Assembly: GCA_010093705.1 (NCBI GenBank)
Contig: MU006110.1
Location: 142,377-206,376 of the forward strand
DNA length: 64,000 nt
Source of the DNA: Patellaria atrata CBS 101060
Taxonomy: Eukaryota
Direction of reading: 5' to 3'
The notes beneath the pieces were generated by a model, which was given only the letters and a program-made list of their open reading frames with translations, was not told the origin of the DNA and did no database searches. Position numbers and translations under genes: made by a program. Positions 40,614-52,677 of this stretch are shown piece after piece. The number at the start of each line of letters is the position of its first letter. The first letter of the stretch is position 1.

Positions 40614-41246
40614 GCTCCGTCTATGGCTGCCGTTGGAGGCTATATGGACTGCTGGTGGTATTTCTGGGTGTCTCTGTGTGATGCTTCTTGGGCGTTTCTG
40701 TGTGGTGTTTGGCGCTAGGCTAGGGCGTATGCTATTTTATGGTTGCTCTCTGGGTTCAGTCATTTTGTATAGATACCCTTGATACGATGAGATGACTGAT
40801 GCCCAATCAATGAATTCACGCTAAAGCTGTCCCTTTACCATGAGTGCTTGGTCCATTTGGTGATAATTTTGCATTTTATAATATCCAAGGTATGAAATAG
40901 ATGAAGTCTTCTCCATGGGTTTCCATAACACCTCTAAATGCGTAAGTTCTGCTACAGTCTACTAAGTAAACTGGGCCTATCACGCAATACTGAATGTTGA
41001 AGTATATGGTATCACTCAAATAGATTCCGCGAAAAAAAACTATATACAAGTCGAAATCTTAAAGGAAAAGTTCGTACTCCCCGCCATCCAAATCTTTCAA
41101 AGCCAAATATCTCAATAAGACCATTACATAGTTCCCTCACTGACAGCGCGCTGTTATGCTTGCTTTGCCATGAATCCTAAACCCTTTTGACTAATCAGTA
41201 CAAAATGAATAAAACTTCGATCCAACCCTGAAAAGAAATACACCAT

Positions 41247-42378
41247 CTATATATACCCCGGCCTCCAAGAACCAGGTGTACCTGCCGACACCGGACTCTG
41301 ATAACTCTCTCTCATCCCATCCTGCGCTGGACTCGCCCCCACGCCCGGCGCCAAACTCTCTGCCGGTAGTTCCGCTAAGAATTGCTGCTGGGACGCACGG
41401 AATGGTTCTCCCATGGAAGGATGAGAAAGGTGTGAAGGGTCGGGACTGGGATAGTAGGACGAGTGTTGCATTTCGGGGGAGAGGTTTGTTTTTGATGTTT
41501 GAGTTTGGGAGGCGTGGTAGGATGACGGGGACCAGATTGTCTGGTCAGAGTCTACGGTGATGTTAGCATATACGTTTTGTATAAGGATGGGTGGATTTGT
41601 ATGGGGTGGAATTATGCAGAGTGAAATCGTACGGATGAATAGTCAACCGATGTAATTGTATACGAGAAGTTTGTTTGGATGGATAGGGATCTGGTTTACC
41701 TCTAAAGTTTTTGGATGGGGTTATTGTATCTGCTGGCATTTCTGAATATCTTTCACGATTGGGACTTGTGGTTTGCTCTGCCATGGGAGGTGGAATAACC
41801 CCTTCGTGGGATGCTGTATGAGGGACTCGAACGTCTCGCCGCTTTCGTCGGCGGTGGATGTAAAATATCACTAATGCTACTATGATAACGACCACGCCAC
41901 CGACCGCGGCTCCTACGATACCTGCTACGGGAAATCCTCCATCATCATCATCTGAATTTGGCGGAGAAGTGGATGTCGAAGTTGCTGAACTTGTAGAACT
42001 CGCAGTTGTCTCACTCGCCGTACTCGTTGCATTCTGTTCCACCAAAAAGTCCGCCGCAAAAGAGGGATTATTACTCAAGAACGCGGCCGTTAAATCGTCA
42101 TCTGGACACCTCCCTTGCGTACACGGATTGCTATGACAGCACCCCAGAAACGGCGGATCGTTTGAGGCACAGGTATAATAGTCGCCACTCGAGCACTGCT
42201 GATCATGGAACTCGCCAAAGAAATTCCTGTCGAAGCTCGCTGGTCGTAAGTCTGTAGAAGGACATCCGCGATTGCATGGATCGGAAGTGCAGCAGCCGAG
42301 AAAACTGCTACCGTCGGCACAAACGTACCAGTCTCCTCCGGAAGGGCAGGTTGGGGAGAAGGGGAGGTCATTGGCCAT
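41247..42378 (-). CDS. Single-pass membrane protein with duplicated Cys-rich ectodomain (Mid2/Wsc-like layout)
   Basis: Two FLGCCxxxPC units, S/T stalk, TM segment IVGAAVGGVVVIIVALVIFYI followed by HRRRKRR, and a cytoplasmic tail with AELPA. Intron starts at about 41699; 3' structure is approximate. Confidence 0.8.
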
Positions 42379-43814
42379 AGTGGACGGTCAATGGAAGGAG
42401 AGTCAATCAGCGGGATGGATGGGGTATCGACTATCAAAATGGGTGAAGCATAGAGTATCAAAACGAATAGAGGATTAGGAAAACAGTATCATCGACCACG
42501 ATTCGCGAAACTGGAAGGGAAATGGAGGGTCTCGCGTTTATAGGATAACAAATGGGGAATGGAAAATCTGGGAACTGATGATTATGGGCATTCAGAACGC
42601 CTAAAGCTTTTGAAAGTCTTCGAGGTCAACAAGGCAACCCATAGTTACAATTGCTCCGGCTTATTCTTTGTGGGCTTGGTCAGTTCTACCGTTACATTTA
42701 GATGTTCAAGATGGCGGAGAGTTTAATTTCGATTCAACTCAAAGGATGTAGTTAAGATTAACTGCGGATCAGCACCTGCTGTGCCACATCGTGGTCGAGG
42801 GTGTTTAAGATTGAGGCGTGTTTTCTTCCCATCAATAGTTCTACTTGACCGTTTCCCGACTCGCAAACTGGCACAATATTTCCATTTTTACCTTCAGCGT
42901 GGCCTTAAAAATATTATAAGCAAATCAAGCTTTCGAAGTAGAGGACTGTATACCGAGGAGAGTTAGAGTAAAAAGAGAAGACGTGAGATTTGGGTCCAAG
43001 ATAAATTCCGAGGAGTTGGTGGTGGCAGGGAAGTGAATCCGACGCTAACAGGAAGTTTTTTTGGACTTTCTTCAGCTTCACAGCCCAGCTTTTGACCTCG
43101 TATTTCTTCCTGTTCTTACACACTTTTATACTACACCTTCCTGTACAGTACAGAGTGCACTTCTACTAAGAAGATCTTCAAATAATTGAATAGAAAGCGT
43201 GCGAACTTGTAGAGTGTCCCATCAGCGGTATCCCTTTAACTGTACTAAACCTGTAGAGCGCCCGGTGAGGTCCACAGTAGGGCGAAGAGGAAAAGACCGT
43301 ACTCAGATGAAGTTATTAACGAGTAAATCAACTGGTTCTGCGGAGAATTACAACGATGAGGTAACGTCATCACATTAATTATGACTCTAGATCTAGATAT
43401 TTTCTAGATCCATACCTACTCACTTGTGAGAAATATTCACAACAAATATGTTATAGAAGAATCTTCAACCTGTTGAGTTCATCATGGTCCTTGGTACTCT
43501 AACTCGCGATCAAATTCGTACCATGAAGCCCAACCAAATGGCGCACAGCTTTTCGCAGATCAACACAATCCGTCTCAAAAGGTACTTGGCAAGTCGACAA
43601 CACTTTGAAAACTCTACTTCTTGTTTACGACTTCTTGAACCGCAAGAAGTTTTATACATCAAAACCGCACTCTTCCTAAAGTGTACGGTGTTTCTGTTCT
43701 TCAGGATCACGGGTGGACACATCAAGTCCTCAGGCAATCGGGTCTTCAGAAAATTCCTAAACACCTAGAATAAGTGAGAAGGTGGAGTGCGGGGAAGTCT
43801 CAATGAATGTTGAA

Positions 43815-44890
43815 AACGAGTTGTACCTGAATCTCGTGTTAGAGTACGTCCTTGGAGCCATTTCCCTTTCAAAGGCACACCCAAGGGTTGAAATCCCTTT
43901 GACCACCGCGGACTTGGACTGTTGAATCCTCCAAAATTCTGCACGATTAGTTTCTTCGGTATACCAGGCCACAAAATTAGAGCGTACACTGAAAACCTAG
44001 CGGCATTGTTATTAGCAGTGTGCTCTCTACATCAGATTTCGCCAAAGTGTTATCTATCATCAAAATGACCCGAAAAGTTTCTCAGATGATCCTATTTTGG
44101 TGATGAGTATCAGCCCTCGGGGGCATGTGCCAAATTCAGGATACTTCAACAAGCTGAAGACGGTCATGCCAGCTCTGGGGGTGAAGGTGTCCATTTACCA
44201 GCTTTTTCGCACTCTTGCCTGTATCTATTTTAGAAGAGTAGACCCGAGTTCCTACTACCTGATTGACACGTCAACTGAAAGACAAAACAATGGAAAATAA
44301 GTAAGCAAAAAAGAGAGGCAGAGAATGGACCCAATTCCAGGGGATACGTCACCAAGACGTGAAATAAAACCTCAGGAAATCCTGCAGGACCTGTTCACTG
44401 GTATACTGAAGCTTTGCGACTGTGGAGACAAGCGCGAGAAGCAAAGCATGACCGAGCTCGAACCGAGACGATTGACTAAGGAACTCTCGTCTCTATTCGG
44501 GATCTCTTGAGCTCAAAGCTGTCATTATGATTCAAGAAACACCACAGTCATTGCGCTTCGGTTTGAGCCGTAGTAAGCAATGGAGAACAATGAAGCAAAA
44601 GTAAGAAGCAAGGCATGGCCGATCTCAAATTGAGACGATCGACAAGCCTGAATAGTTCTCCACTCACCTGGAAAATTGTACCGTGTTGAGAATGAACCCA
44701 ATGTCTCCTACATTTGCTCACTGTACTATCGCGCCCCTGAACTCGTCTTTAGGGCCACCAATTATACGACCAAGATCGGTAAGCAGGATTTCCCTTTGTA
44801 CTGACTATTTACTGACCATACCCTCCAGATGTTTGGTCAACCGGCTGTGTCATGGCCGAATTGATGCTGGGACAACCACTTTCCCACCAC
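43815..44890 (+). pseudogene. Fragmented GSK-3 family (Rim11/Gsk3) protein kinase pseudogene
   Basis: Colinear pieces: ELYLNLVLEYV (~43818), YFNKLKTVMPALGVKVSIYQLFRTLACIY (~44140), REIKPQEILQDLFTGILKLCDCG (~44358), [31 protein letters not shown] (~44685), intron 44779-44828, then DVWSTGCVMAELMLGQPL. Confidence 0.85.
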
Positions 44891-45610
44891 GCCCCCGAAC
44901 TTGTCTTTAACGCGAGAGGAACAGCTGGATGGCTCCAATCTCTACCTGCCAGCTCTCCAGATCGAAGCCGGTTCACAAAATCAAACATTCGTGCAGCCGA
45001 CTGGTGGAGGTTCACTACCCTCAGATACAGATGCCGGCGACTATCATCCAATTTTCATACCAACAAATCTCTCAACTCGAACATCAGAGGTCAAAATCAC
45101 AATGAGACCCGATTGAGAAGAGCTCACCAGACTCTAGACCCAGATGCCGAGTGTTCATAGGAACTAGAAGCGACACAGCTACCCAGTCCCCAGAAATCTG
45201 GACAGTTGCGCAGGATACCTACAGAGATAACCAGTTACCAGCAGCATGCTTTATATCATTGCTATATCAAGAAGGGATCACTGGATCAAGTACGCCACTT
45301 CCTGGGTCGCAGCTTCCAACTGCTCCTGTATCATGGAAGCAGACGCTGAAGCATCATCACAAGACTTAATGGATTCAACCTGCTAATAAAGAGTATGATA
45401 CCCTCAAAGAACGAGGAACGTCAAGGATCTGGTGTTAGCTTTTTCGTTCTGTTTGAATCAGTAGCGTCGTATTGTTTATAGCCTGTAGCTCTTTTGGTAG
45501 TTGCAAATCAAGAGATATACTCCGTGCACCTGTAGATCAATATTATCTTGTTGCTAATGTACAAGGCTGGCTGTGACAAGATCTGACAAGCCAAAGAGGG
45601 CCATGGTGAT

Positions 45611-46758
45611 TTATATGACAAAGTGGTCTAAGTTCCGGTGCAACCTGGAGCAAATCTCCACAAATTTACTTTCATTTTCCGCATCTATCTCTCCATGCCG
45701 AATAAAGTAATCGACCCAAGTCATGGCGATATTGGATTTAAAGTCTTGCTGCTCTAATGCCATTTTGATCTCGCCCAGACTCATCAACTTGAAAGCCTCA
45801 ACCTCGTCGTCGCAAGGCCGCGGAATCATATCAACAGGCAATTCCAACTCGTAGACAAACTGTGTCTGCGGTCGACTTGCTGGCCGTCCGTAGTCATCTA
45901 CAGCCATGTGATATGTCAGTGCTCCTGAAGCTTGAATGGCGGTCCTCGTGTGCTTGGTGGGAAGAGACGATTCCTCCGCTGCTTCTCGGACTAAACAGTC
46001 GATAGGAGCCTCGTCCGCACGCAAACTACCACCTACACACATGTCCAACTTGCAGGGATATGTCATTTTACCCCTTGATCTTTGAGCAACCCAGAATTTG
46101 CGACCTTGTTCGGTATTGACGTACGCAATCAGAAAAACACCAAACGTTCGGATCCCGAATAATCCTGCAGCAGAACGATTCATCCTAAGCACGAGCTCGC
46201 CGCTGTTACTAAACGCGCCGTAGTATTCGTCGGATAGCTTGCGGAGGTCAGATATCTCGCCTCTTTCGTGGATCTGTTGGATTGTAGCCTCCATAAACCT
46301 ATCCCTTTCCTCTATTCCCGACCCTTGGGAAAGTACGAGAAGTCTTTTGTGAAGATCGACGGTCCAGAACTTGGGCCATTGGATTTGATTAACAGATGTC
46401 TCGAGGATGTAGCCTAAAGGATGCTCATAACCTTCAACTAGGAAGTAGAAATATTTATTCAAGTGCGTCCGGTATCCGTCAAGGCTTTTTTGCAGGTATG
46501 GCCATCTGTTCGTAAAAAATTAGCTCGAAGGCACGAATTATTGGTGATTGCAATGCGGAAGAAAAGAACTGCTCACGCGTCAACTTGGTCAACGAGCTTG
46601 TAAATGCTCGAAAGTGTTTCCTCGGCCAATGGAACTGCTTGCTCACGATCCACTGCTGTTAGATCTGACAATAGGTCAACCCGAGAGAGAGTATCAGGAT
46701 TCTGTATATACGATCTTTTCCTCGAGCGACCAGATTTTGCACCACGGGATGGCATCAT
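45611..46758 (-). CDS. Nudix hydrolase (YJR142W / thiamine-pyrophosphokinase-associated type)
   Basis: Nudix box GGSLRADEAPIDCLVREAAEESSL; RSAAGLFGIRTFGV; WVAQRSRGKMTYP; PCDDEVEAF. An intron at about 46507-46576 joins VDQVDA to WPY. Start codon uncertain. Confidence 0.85.
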
Positions 46759-47009
46759 ATATCTCTCCAGGCAGATAAAGACGGGCATTGGCCTCGGACA
46801 GGCGCGAACTTCGCGATTCCCAAGTAAGAAGATGCTTCGTGACACTGCAGTATTCCGTGTTAAATTCAAGGATCAGAAAGTCATGTTCTAAAGCTTGTCT
46901 CAACCGGTAAAGCTCTTGAGCAATGCTTCTGAGATAAAGAGTTCTCGGGTATTCGATGTCCAGCGAAGAAGGGCCTCTATTAAAACGTGACTCTCCTTCG
47001 GTCGAAGAA

Positions 47010-47550
47010 TCAGAGCCACTGCTGCATAATCCAGCGACGTTCAACGAATATTTCAGGTGATTACCCTTTTAAGCTTAGTACTCCCTTTCTTCGTTCGTAG
47101 ATATCGGAGCCGCGACAGGGGTTTAGACGTTCGACGAAACCCAAGTCTCTCTTGACACTTCCTTCTTTGGGATCAACTGTGACTTCCTCTCTCTTTGTTT
47201 GCAAGAACGGACCCGTTGCTACCTTCCTGAAGACGTTCGACGAGACATTGAAGGTGCTACCCTTTTGGTTAGTCCCCATAATGAAAACAAAGGTACGTAG
47301 TCCTAGTGGAAGCCCCGGACTGCTTTCCTAGGGTTTTCTTCTTCGTTTGTCCTCATTCTCACAGTTCGGACCGCGGCTCCATAGACGTCCTACAAACTTT
47401 GAAGAAACTTACCCATTTCGACCTCCCTTTACCCGTGTCCTCCTTTGTTCGCGCATATCGATATCATAGCTACCTAGCCAACTGACGTTCGACGAACTTT
47501 GGACGTAGTTACTCTTTCTAATATTCCCCCTAGTGACTTACCCCTTTCTC
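47010..47550 (+). repeat. Array B of the degenerate GACGTTCGACGAAAC repeat
   Basis: Cores at about 47039, 47129, 47235, 47387 and 47487, often preceded by a (C)GGAGCC(C)G-like block. Confidence 0.7.
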
Positions 47551-48211
47551 AGATCTCACATATCGATGCTAATGAGTTACCGTTTTCGACACCTTACGTG
47601 AGGCCCGTGACTGCACACTCTCTCCTCTTTCTTTTTCACGCTCTGGTCATATGGAGTACACTGGTCCAGACGTTAGATGAGATTTGAACCCGCTCTCCCT
47701 TTGGTTCTCTTTTTTGCGGCACCGTGGGCCCTCTTTCTGTTTGGTGTAGAGAATAATATGGAGTGCGAGAAAGAGAGATATAAGGAGAGGTTAGCTTTAG
47801 TTCGTTTCCAAAGTAGCCAATAGTGATGATAACAGCGCCTAATTCGGTTCTGTCAGCGATCGGAGAGTGAAATATCGCAGCTAAAATAGTGGTTATGGGA
47901 ATAATGTCAGAAGGAATTGAAAAGGATTCACAGTTTGGGATCTTACAATCTTAAATAGTAGTCTAATCACCATCACCTTCACAAATCACTCAAACCGAAA
48001 AAGTCAAGTAATGCTTTAAAATATGATTCAGCTATATACAATTCCTAATTACATCCCGCCTCGCAATGCACCCCCGGAGATACAAAGTACAAATACAAAT
48101 ACTGCTACAGTACAAGTACAAAAGGAACGTCGTCGGCATGTTGCCCGCGTAAACTCAGTGATTACCACTATGTGGTTTGAATCAGCTTCGTACTGATGCT
48201 GTTAAATGCAT

Positions 48212-48661
48212 CTATGCGGCAGGGGCTGGAGCAGGAGCAACGATGTCGTTGCAGATGAGGCCTTGACCAAGCTGTGAAAACGTTAGTACTGGGCTGAGGA
48301 GGTGAGGAGGGAGGCTTGGTGGGACATACGATTGGGAGCAAGCAGCACTTGGCTTGCTGGCCGATGGCAGAGCAGATGTCGATGAAGTCCTGAGCGCCGC
48401 TTGGGAGGGATGGGGCTATTTTACAGTTAGTAACTTCAACTTCAAACTCATAAAATGATGGAGAGATGAGAAGAAGGAGAACATACGAGTAGAGCAATCC
48501 AAGTTAGCGAGATCCAAAACATCAGTCGCGCAGCAAAGAGGAGTGGTTCCAGGACCAGTGCAGAGAGGGGATTGGCGCGCTGCGAGTTGGTTGGCATCGA
48601 TGGCCGGGAGGGCAGCGGCGGAAGCGGCGAAGAGAGCAACAATGACGGTGGAGAACTGCAT
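48212..48661 (-). CDS. Class II hydrophobin (cerato-ulmin family)
   Basis: Three exons (48661-48487, 48415-48330, 48271-48212). Signal peptide and eight Cys: C..CCATDVLDLANLDC..C..CC..LGQGLIC. Confidence 0.93.
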
Positions 48662-49699
48662 TTCGAATGTGGTGGTTTTGGATTTGAGTTTGGAGCTGGA
48701 AGCTTAAAAATGTTGTTTGGATTGGATTGGAGTGAAAGAGGCTGCTGATTGTGAAGCTGTTGATGCTGAATGGAGTTGATTTGGGAGGTACTCAGGCCTC
48801 TCTTTATAGACTTCGAGTCCTCATACAAAGGTATGGAAAATAGGCATCGTCATCCTCAACTCGCAAGGAGAAAGATGATCGACAGTCTCAGCTACCTTGA
48901 TGTTGAGAATTGCCATCGATCGACGTCAGTTCCGGCAAAGGGGTTCGAGCGTTCCATTGTGGAGCTCGCTACTCCACTACTATGACTGCCGATCAATATA
49001 TCTCAGCTTGTTTGAAAGAGATTAGCAAGTTGTCAAGACTGAAGAAAGACATCATCGTTGGTCAAGGCGTGAAAGATCGCTCAAATCGATAAACACTTGC
49101 GACTGACGGTCTTTTCGGAATAACTATCGCATGCAGATCGATCTCGGTGTTGTACTATTCTGGAAGTGCTACCTGGAATGACATCTAAGAGAAATTCGAG
49201 AAAGAAAAGGAGATTTTCCAAGTCAAAGGCCACCACTGAACGAATATCTCTACATATCCGTCCTATGACGAGGAGAAAAAAAGAAGCCAATAGGAGGATA
49301 TTCCTTTGCTCTCAAATGCATGACCATTCGTCCCTGAACAGGATAACCGCTGTAAATAGAGAAGAATAGTGATGGAATTTCTCGAACGCGCATAAAGGGG
49401 AATCCAATCGTAGTCTAGGGTAATCGTATGGGTAGGCGACAAATCTAGGTTCCCCCATGCAGCCCTGGGGAAAGTACTCGCATAAAACTGCCAGGGCAGT
49501 TTGAAACGGTGCAATCGTAAGCTTATTTTGTCTTGTTTGTCTCTACAAGTACAAGGCGGAAAGAAGTTGTGGGGCTTAGGCGTCGCCACATGTTCGCCGA
49601 TTGAAGATCGTCGGAAACGGGCTTGAGGGTTGAGCGGCTCGAGATGCTAGAAAAAACAAGACGCTGTCGATCCTCTGGCAGACGTCAGTATGGAGAGCG

Positions 49700-50117
49700 C
49701 TTATACTTGAACAAGTAGAATGACCGTTATAAGCGAGGGGATATTGTTTAGTATGTCCGTAGTTGAGTGTAAAAGACCTGGAAGTCCCTTGTTTTTTTTT
49801 TGTTTGAATTGAATTAAATTATCCAATCGAATATCAAGAATATCAATGCACATATCGTGGTTCAGGTCTACGATGTACAGTACTCCAAGTAGATCTCCGC
49901 ACAAGTCTCTAATAATAACAATTAGATGGAACTTGCCTTGAATATCAATCTTACTGTTGTATTTGATAACTCGAATACCCGCTGTGGCAATCACACGTTG
50001 AGTGATGATCCTGATGATCTCTGTTACTATTTCAGCTGTACAAGCATCGTGAACACCGTTAATCTTGGTATTGAGAAACGTGGGTTTGGGCTTTGGCGAC
50101 GGTCCTGTAAGAGATAG
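49700..50117 (+). pseudogene. Possible RIP-inactivated gene relic
   Basis: One frame reads protein-like with seven internal stops at plausible Gln/Arg positions. Confidence 0.3.
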
Positions 50118-51429
50118 ACCCTAGATCCTAGATCAAGCCATCCACGATGAAAAGCGTGTCCATATGCGGCTTTCTACACGGTTTACATGAGTCGTAGCCA
50201 CACTTGCTGCCCAGCTGGTGCAGGGTCTGGGGAGAAGGCTTGAGAGGCATCTTTGCCCTACAGCATCATAAGGAGTTCGACGAATTGTTCTTACGGCGTG
50301 GCTTGAGAGACGTGATGCATTCGTGGCCTAACGGCTATCACAGGTGGAGACCGAGGGGTTTCTTTTCCAGGATGGATGTCCTACGGTAACTCTCACGACT
50401 CCCAAGGGGAAAACAGAGAATTGGGAAACGAACATTAAGCGGCGTCCTATGATCATGGATTGAAACTTGGATGGAATCGTACGGGGATTTCTCAGGATCT
50501 GGTTTTGACTTGTTGAAGCGAGGCATGACGTCCAAAGGGAGTTCGGGTTACGGCTGGAGATTCCCGGCCGTTATGCGTCAAGCCCCTAACTGGTGGGAAA
50601 GGAACAGGAACGGCCCTATTATGTTCTCCAGAATTTACATAGAGTACCTTGAAAGACTCCAAAAGATTCTAACCGAGCTCCCCGCTTCTCCTTGTTTTTC
50701 TAGAATTTCATACCGTACGTCATACTAAGGATGTTAGTGATACAAGAGTTTCAGCATTCTAGAGCATTAACAAAATATGTTTCAGGAATTGACGACGATA
50801 CAGCACAGTAGAACTAATTGCTCGCTTGCGGAAATGCGGGAATTAATCGGATCAAGATACTGTACTTTTCGTGATTTTGGTCGCCGAACATTGTCTGATC
50901 TTCCTTATTATCTTAACTTGCCATGACTCCGAGTACAATAATATGCTATGACGATTGCCAATTTCTTCAAGGAGTTCATTGCTGAGTGCGACTTTCTCGT
51001 TACAATTATTTTTCTCAAAAACTATACTCATCATCATTCTTCCGCGTCTGTATCGATGATTGTGGCGAGTGATAGAGATGTTGGGCTTTGAAGATGGCTG
51101 ACACAGTAAAGATCAACCATCCAACGATCATCATCATGCAAGTCTCTTCGTTAAGGTAGTATGTAATTCTATCTTTAGCTACTCAAGTTAGGCGGCTTTC
51201 CGAATATGAGTACGAAGGCGTCGAAACTTATAGTACGGGAGAGTTCAGTACCACTGTGTATACCATTTGTAGTATCTCCCTTTCGACCGTATCGTCTCTT
51301 TGACTCCCTTGACTATTCAGTTAACAGAGCAAAAGGTAACTCCTATGGTAAGTACAAAAAATATATTGGTATTCATCATTGCTCATTATCAGCACCAACC
51401 AGAGTCACCGTATACCCCTTCAGACGACA

Positions 51430-52182
51430 TCATCTACAGAACTTAACTCCATCCCGATCCACACAATTGCTGGTCCGACATCTCGTCCACATCAATCGGT
51501 ATGTCTGTCTAAACGTCGAGTCCTCTCCCAGCGTCCCTGCAGCTGTTTCTGGAGCACCGTCATCCGCACTTATAGTGAATATTGTCCTGAGGCTCAGGAT
51601 TGCTGAACGGACAAAATACTGGCAAGGTGCGAATAAATCCGTAGTATTAGATCTCGACAACCTAAACCTCTGGCTTCCATCCACTGTCGGACCGTTGAAG
51701 ACGAGAGGTTCGAATTTATCCTACGCGTAAACATTAGAAACACACAAAGTCCACAGTAACGATCAATTCTCAGATATCCACAAACTCACCTCCCTCGTAC
51801 TTCCATCCCAGACAGCCCCCATCTCCACCGTCGCACTCACTCCATCCTCCAGCTTCACCGCGCCCTGTGCCTCCACTCTAGCCACCTGGACCGTATAGTT
51901 ACCCCCATCATACTCCATCTCCATGGTCATTCGACACATCTTGCTATTCTCGCTACTTTCGATCCCTTGACCGAAGGAAACTAGAGCACGGTCGGCATTG
52001 TTGTAGTGGACCTGTATCTCTTCCCCATCGCTGCTGATTGAGGCGCCGATGTTGGAGGGGCAGCCGGGGCCGAAGTAAGAGATGCGGGTGACGGAGAAGG
52101 GAGGGGCGGGAACGGGTTCTTGGGCGGTTGTAAGCTGGAGGAGAGGTAGGAGGGCTATGAGGGTGAAGGCACGGGATATCAT
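51430..52182 (-). CDS. Secreted DUF4360-like protein
   Basis: Signal peptide; ISYFGPGCP; ENSKMCRM; QTYRLMWTRC. Intron at about 51721-51790. Confidence 0.75.
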
Positions 52183-52677
52183 CGTGTCGACTAGGGCGTA
52201 AAAGCTTTTTGAGAAGAGTCTTCTATTAGGTAGGACCCAAAAAGTAATGAGAGCTTTGTAATTTGACATTTACAACTATCCGGGCGAGCTAAGAAACATA
52301 TTGAGTGTCTTCTCGATAACCGAGATGTACTTCGACCGGGCTAGACTTCCGCAACTTAGGTAACTCGTGCGAATTCTACGCAAAAATATGGAGTTATAAA
52401 ATGCGGAGAAGTACTATAAGAATGTCAAATGGGAGGCGTAGCCGAGTCTTTATATTGTGGCCCGATATTCGACCCCGGAACATGCAGCGGCGCCGTTATT
52501 CCCGCTTACTGACTGCATCGGCTGGGGTATTTACCCCGGATCTACATCGCACATGGAGCAATACTAGATTTAAAGCCCCCAAAAAAAGTATGGTAACATT
52601 ATGTCCCTACAATTACAGAGCTCAAACGAAGTTCATGATGTATCAAGAGCCATGAGACGAGCCACATAATTAGGCTA

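Noticed and set aside
50272..50290. Isolated gagttcgacgaa match to the repeat core
   Set aside because: Single short match without the flanking blocks; could be chance.
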